DNA of 64,000 nucleotides from Chrysomallon squamiferum (taxonomy: Eukaryota; Animalia; Mollusca), in NCBI GenBank assembly GCA_012295275.1, contig CM022673.1, forward strand, positions 20,894,001 through 20,958,000, read 5' to 3'. Shown in pieces: positions 1 through 17,566 of this stretch. Below the pieces are notes generated by a model that ran no database searches, had not been told where the DNA came from, and saw nothing but the letters and a program-made list of their open reading frames with translations. Made by a program: the position numbers and the translations under genes. Numbering within the stretch: the stretch's first letter is position 1; every line of letters begins with the position of its first letter.

Positions 1-115
1 ATGTAACATTTTAAACACGTATATACTTTATATTAACTTATGTATTTCGTATCATTTTTTAAAACAATTTTTTTTTTTTTTTTTTTTTTAAAGGTATGAA
101 CTGTTAGATACTTAC

Positions 116-866
116 TCAGAAAGGCATACAGTCCAAACAACAGTCCGAACACGCAGCTTTCTGGAGGCAGAGTTCCAGTATCACTGGAGAGAAGGGTAAC
201 AGAAATGTGTTATCTAATAATAATATAATTACTTATATTTTGATATGCTAGGCTATGTCTTTTTAATATAAGTGTATCATAATTTCATTACTAAATCATC
301 ATTTACAAAAACAGTTTTAACGTCTTTATCATTATTACTGGTTTTTTTACTGTTATTATTTTTTTCTCTCTTTTATTGTTGCTATATTATTATGAGTATG
401 ATTGTGATTATTATTAATATTATCACTACTACTACTAATCGAGAAATGTGAATATTGTCTTCATAACATTTATATAAATGTGTTTATTTAGACTTTGTGT
501 TTACGTATATTGTTATCGGTCTGTTTATTATTAATAATTTCATCTTTATTGTAATGGAAAAAGGTTGTTTTGTGTTTTACCTAATGTAGGGAAATTCTGG
601 ATCCATGTGACCAAGCAATATTGCAATAATATAACTGAAAAACAAAAATAACAACCTATAACAAGATGCACTATGTTCATTAGAGAGCAAGAAAAAAGAA
701 ACTACTGATGCCCTATGTCAAAAATAATTCCTACTGACAGTGACAGTAGAAGTAGCAGATGTTGTTTTTGTAGCTCTAATTAACAACACCAACAACACCA
801 ATAATAATAATAAGAAAAACATGAACAACAGCAGTAATAAAAGGAGCCATAGCAGCAACAACAGCG

Positions 867-915
<49 letters not shown>

Positions 916-1042
916 GTTTTAAATATTGTTTTACGTACGTTTAAATCATAATATTAACTAACGTGAATACTTACGTAACAAAGCAGGCTAAAGGTAGGAC
1001 AATAGCCAATAACATTGGAATAATGTCGCCTCGACATGACAT
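116..1042 (-). CDS. DRAM/TMEM150 (Frag1/DRAM/Sfk1 family) membrane protein, copy A; first three coding exons, gene continues beyond the left edge
   Basis: Exons 1042-975 (MSCRGDIIPMLLAIVLPLACFVT), 634-581 (YIIAILLGHMDPEFPYIS) and 183-116 (DTGTLPPESCVFGLLFGLYAFL), all GT-AG bounded. PYISDTG..PPESC.F is the DRAM family signature. Confidence 0.85.
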
Positions 1043-1211
1043 ATTTCTATTTATTTGTGTTTCTAGTAAACTGAAATGAGCAGAAAAAAGGAGAGATATT
1101 TTTTAATCGTGACATACTCTGTTTATGTTCAGACATGTCATGTGAGGCAAAAAAGAAAGGAAAGAAGAGTGCATAAAAAATAAAACACTTACCTGAGATC
1201 GATAGACAGAC

Positions 1212-1215
<4 letters not shown>

Positions 1216-1295
<80 letters not shown>
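1216..1295. repeat. (GA)n microsatellite
   Basis: Perfect AG dinucleotide run; it is the source of the poly-SL ORFs. Confidence 0.95.
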
Positions 1296-1300
<5 letters not shown>

Positions 1301-1806
1301 AAAGAAAGTGGGAGATAATATATGAGAAGACACCAAAGACTTTGGCTAGAAACACCCAGATATGCAATAGACCATATGAATACGTAAGTTAGCATTTGTA
1401 CATAAATATATACCAGTGTATGTAATGTTTACAGTCAAAACTATATTACTGCCATTCTCTTACGTACTTACCGATAATCATATCAGCTATTTCGATTGAA
1501 AGCTTTCGATCTACATTTTATATGGCAATCTAGGTGTATCCACAACCGTTGTGTAGATTTAGAGTACCTGCTCTACAAATAAGATAAATGTACTGTTATC
1601 AGTCGAGGCGGTTTACTTTTTATTTGGACTTTGACTTTTGATTAAAAAGTTGTCAGTACAAACTGCGTAGTGTATTCACGAAAAAGAAGAAATGCGCAAA
1701 ACATTTTTTAATTTTATTTATTTGTTTTATTTTATTTTATTTTTTTATTTTTATTTTTTCATTATTATTATTATTTATTATTATTATTATATTATTTATT
1801 GCAGTC

Positions 1807-2150
1807 TTATTAGACCTAGGTTGAAAGTGAACAGAAATTAGTGAGTATCGGTGTTTAGAATCATGTCCTGATTTAATTACTCTGCAGCAAGATAAATAAA
1901 GTGATTCACATTAGTTCATTTATAATTTATTATATTTGACTTAAGAATGTTTTATTTTATTATTTATTTATTTATTTAAAATATCATCCATATTAATAGT
2001 AGACTACAGCAAAACATTAAATCATTCAGTGCCATTTATAAATTGTCGGTAATGCAAGAGTTAAAGGCCTTTTGATATTTACACATCGAAACAAAGTGAA
2101 GATAACAAATATCAAAGTGGAGTTCTTGTTCTTAGTCGACGTATTATTAT
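1807..2150 (+). repeat. Diverged dispersed copy of the region 7491-7810 (3' flank of GON gene A)
   Basis: Shared collinear blocks, e.g. TCCTGATTTAATTA..GCAAGATAAAT.AAGTGATTCA, TATTTGACTTAAGAA, GACTACAGCAAAA, GCCATTTATAAATTGTC, AAGAGTTAAAGGC. Confidence 0.8.
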
Positions 2151-2410
2151 TATTAGTAGTAGTAGTAGTATTCCTACCGTTGCATATACTAATAATATAC
2201 ATGGGAAATTTTAATGGAATTTGGCCTTATGGTCAAGGTTGATATGCAGTACAGTGTATGTTTCCACAACTTGGAGAATTTAGCTTGAAACATATTAAAT
2301 TCTATTTTATTTAACGTTATCTATTTTTCGTAAAGGCCTTCGTGATATTTACATATCGAAACAAAGTGAAGATAACAACTATCAAAATGGAGTTATTGTC
2401 CTTGGTCGAC

Positions 2411-2473
<63 letters not shown>

Positions 2474-2648
2474 CTACCGTTGCATATACTACAGCTACTA
2501 CTAATAATACATGGGAAGTTTAAATGGCTTTTCGTTTTTAAATAAAAACAGACTAGTTTTATGGTCAAGTTGATATCCATAGTGTATGTTTCCACAACTA
2601 GGAGAATTTAGCTCAAAAATTATTAAAATCTATTTTATTTAACGTTAT
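2063..2648 (+). repeat. Tandem duplication, two ~260-310 bp units (about 2063-2320 and 2332-2648) differing mainly in an internal (TAT)n tract
   Basis: Both units start AAAGGCCTT..TGATATTTACA.ATCGAAACAAAGTGAAGATAACAA and end TATTTTATTTAACGTTAT. Confidence 0.88.
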
Positions 2649-3832
2649 TTGTTTTTCGTAAATTATTTTAAATCGGTGACATATTCCATTTACAACAATT
2701 TTCTGACAGGACCACAGACGAGTACTAAAGAATTTACACATGATCTGTCGGAGACAATTGCTTTTGAATTCAGGTCTGATAAATGTTCACTATTTTTTAA
2801 TTAGATTTTTATTCTCATATCTTGTTTCTCGTCATTGTTTAGTTTCGTATACATCTATTTTCATGTATAACATGTTTTTCAAAGTTTATTATTATTTGTT
2901 GTTGTTGTGTTTGTGTGATAACATTAATTAAACTATTAAAAAGAGTTTACTGCAGGACAATGAATTTCTGGATGGATTCTTTTGTACACCAGTGCATGAG
3001 ATACTGATTAATGTAGTTTTCGTTCTTATAAGCGAATCAGACATTTTCAAATATTCGACATCGTTAAAACTAGCGAAATACCTCATTGTGGTTTTAAACA
3101 CTACGTCCCTGAAAACCAAAACTACTACTACACGAAGGGTCCTAAAATAAATTAGTTAGCATAGTCGTTTCTGGTGACTTCATAACCAATTTCATACTGC
3201 ACCAGCTCGATGGACACAAACACTTCTGTTATCACGATGTCCATAACAAAAGGAAACTAAATCCTGCCGTCATTAACCAACGCAACAAAACAAAAGCGTG
3301 ACAGACACCATGGACGATTCTGGTAATGCTTTCGCACCCAGATTCAGGATGCAGTGACTATTTGCGATTTTCACGTTGGTCTGTATGACAAGATAAGATA
3401 GAGACAAAATTATGGTGCTTATTTCAAGTTTATATTGTTTTTGTTCGAATGTTTGGTTATAATGATTAAAATAGTTAACTATTCATTATATAATTATTCA
3501 TCTGAATTCTACAACAAAGAAAAGCAGCCAAACGAAGAAAGAAAAAAAGGTGAAAAGAGAAGAATACAAGAGTTGAAAATCAACATAAAAGATCATTCTG
3601 TTTAACGTCTTGGTTACACACTACACATTAACATTATTATCTATATGAAACGATTGTTTCAAATTTATGATTCCTAAGAGAACAAAGGGATCAATACAGA
3701 TATGAAATATTGAACACAACGATTGTAATAGTGATCTTTACATACATCAATCAAGGTTGTTTCCAAGTGTTTTCTCGCAGTCAGATTTAGAGGTTATTTT
3801 CCTTAACACTCTGATTAAAACTAGCTGACAAA

Positions 3833-7430
<3,598 letters not shown>

Positions 7431-9025
7431 ACAAGACAAAATACGAAATTTGTGTTATTTTATATAGTAGTTTTATTACATTATAATATGTTATTAGACC
7501 AAACTGAAATGTGTACAGCAAGTAGTGATTCCTATCCTGATTTAATTATTATTGAGCAAGATAAATGAAGTGATTCATTTTATTTTATTTATAATTTATT
7601 GTATTTGACTTAAGAACGGATGCATTGTAGCCGTTTTATTAATATTTATTTATTTATTTAAAAATTCATGCCTCTTAGTAGTGGACTACAGCAAAAGATG
7701 AAATCATTCCACGCCATTTATAAATTGTCAGTAATGTAAGAGTTAAAGGCTTAACAGATCGAAACGAAGCGGAGATAACAAACGTCAAAGTGGAGTTATT
7801 GTCCTTGATATAATTACTATTATTATTATTATAAATGTATTGCTACTGCTACAGTTACTACTGTTACTACAAGTGTTTCTATTACTACTACAAAAACTAC
7901 TATTAGTTTATCATCATCATCATTATCATCATTATTATTTAACTAATAAAAAAAATTAGATATTTCTCGCAGTTATTTCAGTGTTTCTTTCTAGTTTCTA
8001 AGCGATGAGTTAATATATTTTCGAGACCAACTCATTTTCGAGACCAACTCATTTAACACTGTGGTCGTGCTAAGTATCATTTTGTTGAGGACAATCAGTA
8101 TTTGTTATTTGGCACGATGACAGGTCTTCTTAGTAATATAAACCCTCAGCGGTTATTATACATTTACAGAACAAAAATAAGTCTACCGATAAGTCTTAAG
8201 GGATTAGACTAAATCGATCTTCCGTTTAAATTCATTTCTGCTATGTTTTTACACGGGCAACATGTATTGATAACTTCTGTTAGACAAGAACAATAGCTTA
8301 AAAAAAAAAATGTTAACGAGAATTATTAGAATTTTAAAAAGATTATTGAATAGATGATTAAAATTGATAAGAAACTAATGTTATTCTTGTAGATCATGTA
8401 TATATTTACGTGTTTCTTCTTGTGTGCGTTGGTTTGTGCCTATACATGTTTATTTTTGAGTTTGTTTATATGTATGTTTGCATACATGCATGTACATCTC
8501 TGAATGCATTTATAAAGATACATGTATACATTAATGTCTGTGTGTTTGTATACATATATACACACACACACACACACATATATGAATTATTTGTACGTAC
8601 CTACATGTGTGTATAAGAATTTGTATATATATATATGTATGCAGTATGTATGAAGTATGAATGTTAATCTGTATAAATCCCTTTATGCTTGTCAACGGTC
8701 AAATCAGAATTAATGAAACAATAAATGTACTAATGAAAAGAAAAAAACACTTGTAAATATGTTTATTTAAGAACGTGTGAACATGCATTGTAAATGTGAT
8801 AAAAGTTAATCATATGTATGTATATGTTATTAATAAATAAATAAATAATATTAAGAGCTTTGTCGATAGTATCTGTTCAACTGGATTTCCAGTCACAGTT
8901 AAAATGTGACATAAAGTCGTATAGATAAAGTTTGATGTAGTTATATATAATTCATTACGTGCATGAACACAAACCAGCAATAACTGTAGAAATCAAGGAA
9001 AGATAATCGTGTTTTCAGCATCCCA

Positions 9026-9848
9026 CTATGGATACACACAACTTGGAGTTACTGCTGAGCTTTCAGCTGGTTCTGAAATTAAAAAATATATATATATATA
9101 TCGGACACAAAGCATATTTTTATAGATTCTCTTAAAATATTCGTATATTTTACTGTAGGGCATCAATGTATGTATGTATGTATGTATGTATGTATGAAAG
9201 TATGTATGTATGTACGTATGTATGTAGGTGTACGCGAGTATTTATATCGACATATACAGAAAGTTAAATAAGCTATATATTGCTAAGTAATCACAGTAAT
9301 ACTAACCTTCTGGTGAGAAAAGCTTTAATAACATGGGACCATTTGGAACACAGCCGCCGAACCAGCCTCCGCACAGCAGGTCTGTCTTCGTGTTGTCAGG
9401 GTTCCTTAGAATCACGCCCCAGTGTTCCCAGCCGACAAACGTAAAACTGAGCTGAAAATCAGGTATTGTGTTATTCTGTGATAAAATCCAAAAACAATCT
9501 AACGTTTTTAAATTAACTAGATATGATTTAATAATTTATTTCTCAAATAACAACAGCAATATTATTATAACTGTATCTCGATGCAGTAAAATGTATTACA
9601 TAGTGCATAAACTTATAGTTGTAGAATTATATTTCACTTTTGTAATAATGATTGTTATAATCGTGGTTTTTGTAAAAAGAACAAAATAAATTAATTTTTA
9701 GAATTAAAGTGTACTAATAAAATTAATGCAAGTTATATGAACAACTTGACGACTATAGAAAAATCGAAAGTATTTTCAAACTGCATTCTGAATGTTATAC
9801 TTTGTTATCAGTTAAGATTGGACAACAAAATAAAAAATAAAAAATAAT

Positions 9849-9880
<32 letters not shown>

Positions 9881-10549
9881 GAAGAAGAAGAAGAAGAAGA
9901 AGAAGATGAAGAAAGAAAGAAAGAAAGAAGTAAATAAATAAAAATAAAAATAAATATAAATTAAAATAAAAAACATACAAACAAACTTATTTATTTATTC
10001 ATTCATTTATTTATTTATTTATTGAGTTATTCATTTATTTATTTATTTATTTATTTATAAATTGATCATTTCTAGGAATCACTAAAGAGACAGTTTAATT
10101 AAACGGTTTGTCCAGTTTATATGATAGTAACTGTCCCAATCAGACATTATATTGCAACTACTCGGAACGAGGAGACAAGGTATCTGACATTAACCAAAAT
10201 AATCTCTCTCTCTCTCTGTTTGCTATCTATTTATACCTGAGGATCTATTTTCAATCCTGTTCCAGTCACATCAATATTGAATGTTCCTTTTGGTCCACAC
10301 GAAGCTCTCTGGTTATTATACTGTATACTGTAACAGTCCTTGGCTTCTCCATATTTTCTTGTTGAGCCGAAAACTGTAACAGCAAATGTTTGATCATCTC
10401 GGACAATCTCCATAGTCTAAAATGTTTAAATTTCAATTCATTTCTAATATGTGAATAATATTTTATATTAAAAAAGCTGAAACAAATTTTAAGAAATAAA
10501 AATTAATGAACTGAAAAAATAGCTAAAATGGCTTGTTAGGATGAGCTAT

Positions 10550-10588
<39 letters not shown>

Positions 10589-11379
10589 TTATAATTAGAC
10601 TAACTATTATTATTATTGTTGTTGTTGTTGTCGTTGTAGTATTGTTTTACGAAGGACTCTGCTATCTGGATTTCAGCTCGTATTTTCAGTATGTTGTCAA
10701 CTGTTGACTGTGTCACAGCTAGCCCTGTTCCCCTGCTTATTGTGAACACCTTTTTAAGAACTGGCGCCTCTTCAACAATAATTAAGCTCCAGTCACTTAT
10801 GCAATAAACGTCGAAACTTATTATTTCTTATTTAATTTAGTTTAGTAGTAGTAGTAACAGTTTAGAAGTTGTTGTAGTAGTAGCAGTTTAGTAGTAGTAG
10901 TAGTAGTAGTAGCAGTAGAAGTAGTAGTAGTAGTTGTAGTTGTAGTAGTAACAGTAACAGTAGTGGTATATTAGTAGCAGCAGTTTCTTGTTTTAGAGGA
11001 AGAATCTTATAAGACTGCAACTGATTCATTTCATAACGAAATTTAAAAAATAATATAATATTTGAATATATCGTGTTATAATTCGGATATTGTTTTATTT
11101 ATTTTAGTACTATGCTGAAGTATACCTCAATGTTAACTCGTACTTTGCTGTAGTTCGTCTGTCCTGGATGTGCTTTATCGCTACACGGCCCAGTTTGTTC
11201 CTGATTACAGTTCATGTCATTCAGATTAGGATAGAAACCGATATTTTGTACTGGCAACGACACAAACTCACTCGGAGTTCACTCGACTGTCTCCAAATAC
11301 AAGTGGATAAATCCAGTAATGACCATCATCATATAAACCATTACACTGTTTAACATCAGAACACGAACGAATTTCTGGG

Positions 11380-11425
<46 letters not shown>

Positions 11426-11759
11426 GCGACAGACTGAATATTTTGTATAAAATGCAATATAATTTTGATAAATGTCACAAAGGAACAGAAACATTATAAT
11501 AATGAAACAATAACATTAAAATACTAACTATGACAGGCCATGTACGTCCAGGTTCCATTGTTCAGACACGTAATGGCACTTATCTTGTTTTCAGGGAAAA
11601 AAGTCATTTTACACTCCAGCTGAATTTCTGTTCCACTTCGAAACGGCAATACCAGTTCAGATTTGGGAATAACATTCGAAATGTTTGGCGTTGTACAGTC
11701 TAGAATAAAATATAAAATGTAGAGATATATTATTAGTGTTGTTGTTGTTGTTGTTGCTG

Positions 11760-11817
<58 letters not shown>

Positions 11818-12619
11818 GAAAATAATTTGACCTGGGGTGCCATGCATCTAGTGCTATTCAGCTCATGTAGGTTGTGTGCTGCTGTTAATACATTTGTCTG
11901 GGTTGTGTATGTAGGGGCCTCAACGTGTTTATTTGCTGAGTGGCCTTGTGTGTATGCCGAACGTACTGTTAACCACAGAGTGTGTATGTACCTACGTATA
12001 TAATATCGTTTGTACATGTGTGTGTATGTATATGTTGATGCATGTATGCATGTATGTATGTATGTGTGTATGAACGTGTGTATGGATTATACATCGAGTG
12101 GGGAAACAATAAAGCAAATAAATATATAAATAGAATGAGAGGTAGAAAAATAAATATATACCGATATAGAAATAGATAGATGGATGGATAGGTAGATATA
12201 TAGACAGACAGAAAGGCAGACAGACAGACAGACAGACAGATAGATGACAGATTAGACTGACTAATACACAGATACACTGACTAACAGACAGATACGTTCT
12301 CACCAAATTTCCTCCTATAACACAGCGAGCCAGGGCTACTTTCCGATGCGTCGGTGGAGTCAAACAACTTTGAATTAAGCTGACATGTTTTTGTTTCCGA
12401 GTTGTAGAAGAAAGAATTGCAGTTACGAACGTGAATACAGTTCACCGAACATTCCTCACTGCTGACAACGTTAACGTTTACTGCAATAATATTACTTGAA
12501 ACATTCTTTGAAGAAAATTCAACGTCTAAATCAAAAGTAACTGGGTTATTGCACGATGTACCTCTAATAAGAGAAAGTAAACTCTGAACACAGTGGAATA
12601 TAATCAAGATATAAAACAT
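9026..12619 (-). pseudogene. Secreted PAN/apple + sushi + GON-domain protein, copy B; exon 3 carries a 26-nt frameshifting deletion
   Basis: Exons 12619-12304, 11699-11529, 11374-11126, 10416-10237, 9451-9307 and 9072-9026 have the same phases as copy A (exons 4 and 5 are identical in length, 180 and 145 nt). Exon 3 is 249 vs 275 nt, lacks the KIYCHDMAG-coding segment and hits TGA at 11270-11268. Confidence 0.8.
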
Positions 12620-12822
12620 TTTTGATGAGCGTTAACTTCCTCTTACTCGGCTGAAGTTTGCCGACTGCTAGTAATGTTATGTATGTGCTGCCACGTAATG
12701 GATTGTAATAATATTGCTGTTTCACGATTATAAAATATTTACGTCATTTGTTTCGTTTCCTAGGACTATTACAGGGATTTTAATTAACAGATGTACTCTG
12801 CTCTCATGCTGATATAACTTTG

Positions 12823-12942
<120 letters not shown>

Positions 12943-13818
12943 GATGGTTTATGCCTAGACAGATGTCGGAGGCATAGAACGGTCATATATAATATTTATG
13001 AGGCAGAATCAGCAAAGTCGACTTTGGCTGATAATAGTTTAACATAAAGATTTTTTGTTGTTGTTATTTGTTTTAGTTCCAAAAATCATATTTACAATTT
13101 TCAAGTTTGTAAATGTGGCTGTTTTGCCTTTCAGTCCTGAGTATCATTGGGCTAAAACGTACAAATAAAATAATTATTCATCAAGACCTGCTGATGAAAT
13201 CTACATTGAAATAGTTGTGATATTTTGCCGGGCCTCGATAATTTGAATCTCCTTTAAGTTTCAGTTAAAGGATATATCGAATTTCTTGCTTATGATGGGC
13301 TTTTTGCCCCATCTTACTCTAAATGGTAGCAAAATGATCCTGTAATAAAGTAAATTAAAGAGCAAATGCGGTGTAATACAATTAAAAGTAATACCCTTTG
13401 AGCGTTGGCTTAATTTGTTGATGAACTCGAATAATGAAATATTAATTAGAATTACTAATGTAATTTAGGTTTTGCGAGTCTCCCAAAGGAAGTGAAACTT
13501 GTCCTTTCTAAATTATTAAAACGTTTATATGATGTGTTGTCTCAGTGGGACTTGCAGATCAAACACTCAAACGTTTAAACAACTTTGATATCACGGAACA
13601 TTAACAATCCAGTGCACTGTGTTAAACAAGGTGAAAGAATGTCAGCGCTCTTTAAACATTTATATAAAAGGAAAATTACGATAGTGAACTTTTAATGGTG
13701 TTAGGCAAAGTTAATAAATTGTTCTTGTTGGTGTGCATATTAGTAATAAAAAATTCTAATAACAACAACAATATTAGTAATAATAACAACAAACATAACA
13801 ATAACAGCAATAACAACG

Positions 13819-13857
<39 letters not shown>

Positions 13858-14090
13858 TCACAACAATAATAATAATTATAAATATTTTTTATTTTCATAA
13901 TAGTCAATTTAAAAATTTTGTTCGATTCAATAAATTTACTCCAAAACCATTAAAAAGACGATTAATACATAACAATTGAAATACAAGACACTAAATATAT
14001 TTATCTTAGTTCATAGTAACACCAGAGGAACACTGTAACTTAGTTCTGATTATTTCACGTTGTTACGGATCGGCTGCAGACCATACGTCA

Positions 14091-15786
14091 CATGATATCG
14101 AAGGTGTCGGCCCGGGAATACGACAAATCTATTTTGTTTAGTACCGGGACGTAGACATTTCTAATAGTTTGTAAGTTCTGCAGTTACGAGACGCCTTTTT
14201 TGTTAACAACGAGATGAGAACCCTGAAGCAGAATGTTACGTGATTACTGTTCTTTGTAGATTTGTAATCATCCTTCCATTAACTGAGTAGGTACCTTAGT
14301 GTTTTTGTTTAGTGTTTATTTGCTCGTATTATGCTTAACCAATTTACTGTTTTGGGTAGTAAATTTATCTTTCTCTTATACTGAGCATGTACTTGTACAT
14401 TGGTTCTTTTACCGGTTTAATCTATATAAACTTTTATATCAAAATGGAAAACTATTTCACGTTTAACATTATGGCAGCTGCAGACGTTAGAGTGACTTTT
14501 ATCAACACGTTAATAGGCGGACGACATTTGTATTACAACCAGCACAAATTTCCCATAAATAGAAAGTGTGGAGAGAAAATTTACTGGAGATGTACTACGT
14601 TGCAAGGCAGAGCCTACGTTGTGACTGTGGACAACATGCTCCAGATGGCAGATCAGTTTCAGCACAACAACGCGGCGGTGTCATTTATTAAGCAGGTTGA
14701 TGCGTTTAAGGAGAAAGTCATGGACCGAGCTAAAGTGCAAACAACGCCAATATCTAAGATTTACGCCGAGGAGATTTCCAATCTCAGGAAAAAACACGAC
14801 TTTGTCCCTAATGGATTGTTAGGCGAGATTCCACGTTATAGTGCCATTAACACGATTATATCCCGACACTGACACAAAACCCTACCCCGACTACCCCAGA
14901 CAAGACAGGAGAGACAATTTAGAAGGAGAGAGGACCCGCACCGAGGGAGGAGATCCTTTTCTACACAGAACTGAAGGAGGAGACAATACTCATCTTCACA
15001 AGTGACAAGAACTTGGAGTTGTTGTGTGACGCTGGTGTTGTATTATCATATGGAACATTTATTTATTTATTTATTTATCAGTACTGTAATACCCATAACG
15101 TACCCAGCGATATGAATTCGGATTAACCTCGATCGGTAGAGCCTTTCTAGTGTGATACTTGACACATAGGATCGAACCTTCTTAGTGGACCTATTGGTGT
15201 GGTTTTTTTTTTATGTTGGTGTGTTATTGAAGATGTATTCCATTTTGCATCAAAATGTTTATTTTAGAATGATATTAGAGTATCATAGTTAAAGAAATAT
15301 TTGTATACAAGACCATCTACTTTTAACATAGTCAATAATTTGCCTTCAAAAAAAATTTGAAGTAATCTTGATAAATATGTAATTTAATTTGTAACTACAT
15401 ATATATAATAACTATATGTTAATATTTTTATTATCTTAATTACTACGTTTTTTTTTTTTTTTTATTCCTGTGTTTGTAAACTGTTACGTATTATACAACT
15501 GTTTCTGTTTTATAACTGTTTTCTTGTCTGTCTTGTGTTTATAGTCATGCTGACTTTGGCCAATAAATAAACTGAACAGAAATTTAAATTTAGCTGCTGT
15601 ACAGTATCATGTCGTTGTTATCTTTTGACTGCTTACACCGTCAACCAGGTAAAACGGCAATTAATGAGTCCCGGGACATCGACAGATCCTCACTGGTACA
15701 TTTCAGCCTGTCACGCTAAGTAGACACAATTGTAATATCATTTATACAAGTTGTCGACTTCGCGGGCCATAACCTTATCGAGCATG
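14091..15786 (+). mobile_element. Decayed Mutator-like (MULE) element with FLYWCH-type transposase relic; boundaries tentative
   Basis: ORF 14387-14872 has GGRHLYYNQHKF..NRKCGEKIYWRC (FLYWCH-like, second Cys and last His degenerate). Past the TGA, broken frames read KTLPRLPQTR...ILIFTSDKNLELLCDAGVVLSYGTF, resembling the MULE 'DGTF' region. Candidate imperfect TIRs at 14091-14126 and 15751-15786 (25/36 identical by hand). Confidence 0.7.
15118..15200 (+). mobile_element. Probable tRNA-derived SINE head fragment
   Basis: A-box-like TAACCTCGATCGGTAGAGC and B-box-like GGATCGAACC at tRNA-like spacing, with no intact cloverleaf. Confidence 0.4.
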
Positions 15787-15924
15787 ATTTAACTTACCTC
15801 TAAATGTCTGTAAACAAAACTGCGACAGTGTCTTTCAAAGAAACATCTGCATCTGAAAATGTAGTATACATTACATACACATACAAACATACAGCATGCG
15901 CATCTCATTAAAGCATTCACCATA

Positions 15925-15988
15925 GACATACATACACACACACATACATACATACATACATACATACATACATACATACATACATACA

Positions 15989-16022
<34 letters not shown>

Positions 16023-16160
16023 CATACATATATATATACACATGCACATATATATATATATATACACACACACATTCACATACACACATACACAACGATG
16101 TTCATGAGCTTATAAGAACACAGGTCTATATAAACACACACACACTCACACACACATTAG
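15925..16160. repeat. (CATA)n / (CA)n compound microsatellite
   Basis: Direct reading. Confidence 0.92.
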
Positions 16161-17368
16161 TATGTGAATACATAGGGTCACATATTTTTCGGTTATAAAC
16201 TCAAAGTAATTTCAATATGTACTGGGAATAACCTGTGTAATCGATATCGGTTAACTCGCAAGCCTTTGTGCAGTAAAGTGAATCGCTTCTATTAATAGGC
16301 GTACTTAGTACTTCCCTGCACGTCTTACCCTTCCTCGTTGCTAGCTAGACTCATGTTTAGTAAACAGGACAGATCTCTATGAGGACAAGACTTAGTTACG
16401 GTGTACGTACAGCGGACTGCGGCAGTTGACGGGATAAATCTTGTAAGTGGAGTAAATACTGAAATACAACTATCTAAACTTTTCCAAAATTATACTTTAA
16501 AAGTGGGTCATATCTTAGCCATTATATATTTACTCACTATTTTTTTTTTTTAAATTTTTTTTTTTCTGTTTTTATTCCAATAATGTGTATTTACGTTGTA
16601 CAGTCAGAAAGAAACACAGATATACAAATACACAAAAATGAAAATATGTTGAATCGTCTTATGAGTGTGACCTTTCCACCCGCTCAACCCTTTATCGAGA
16701 GATCTGCGGGTGACGTCCAGTGTTTGTGTTTTGTTTACTTGTAGATCAGCATGTACCAGCTACGTGCTTTTAGTTCATCGCAATGTTTGATAGCATGTCT
16801 GAAAATCATGTAAGAAAACGAATCTTTCTGTCTGTCTGTTTATTGTATTGAGCTACATATTTTCTGTTTATTGGTTTACTGCTTTTGACAACGGAATATT
16901 TTGTTTCTTTCTCTGTTCCCCCCCCCACTGAATGCATTTATAATTTACCTGTCATACAAACATGGTACTCGTTAATTGGTTTCATGTTTCCTTTATGCAA
17001 AAAAGGTTACAAGTATAAAATTCTTTCAACAGAAGCATTTAAAAAGCTGCACAAGGTGGTTTCCTTAACAAAACGTTTTAACTTTAAAAATAGCAATAAT
17101 CGTGTAGTAGTAGTAGTGGTGGTGGTGGTGGTAGTGGTGATGATAGACTTAGTAGTAATTGTATTAGTGATAACGGCGGTTTTTGGTACTGCTAGTAGAA
17201 ATATTTAAAGTAATAGTAGTAGCGGTCATAGTATATGCAATAGTGTTCAGAAAGCGGTAAAAGTTTTTGAGCTGCAGTGTTTGTTGCAGAGGTTGCGGTT
17301 TCAGTAGTAGTAATAATAATTATTTATTTATTTATTTATTTATGTATTTATTTCGCAGATTTAAAAGA

Positions 17369-17512
17369 ATGTTTTGTCGACCAGATGTTTTGGTAATTAT
17401 TCACGTCATTCTCCTTCCAGCCATTTGTGTTACAACGTAAGTAGTGTTTTTTCTGTTGACTTTTCCTGTTTTTGTAATTATTATTATTATTATTATTATT
17501 ATGATGATGATG

Positions 17513-17566
<54 letters not shown>

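Noticed and set aside
1047-1395. ORFs with poly-SL, and similar poly-L/N/I/Y/TH/CV/RE ORFs throughout the track (e.g. 2317-2595, 4179-4918, 12804-13047, 15789-16095, 23895-24411, 26402-26923, 61639-62104)
   Set aside because: These are translations of (GA)n, (TAT)n, (CA)n and (CATA)n microsatellites, with no splice or motif support.
8018-8054. Short tandem duplication TTTTCGAGACCAACTCA x2 near the axis of the inverted duplication
   Set aside because: A direct, not inverted, two-copy repeat; there is no evidence it marks the breakpoint.
14387-14872. Intact domesticated FLYWCH gene or TGA readthrough/selenocysteine
   Set aside because: Zinc ligands are degenerate and further frameshifts follow the stop, consistent with neutral decay.
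15118-15200. tRNA gene
   Set aside because: A/B-box-like motifs only, with no acceptor stem or cloverleaf; treated as a possible SINE fragment.
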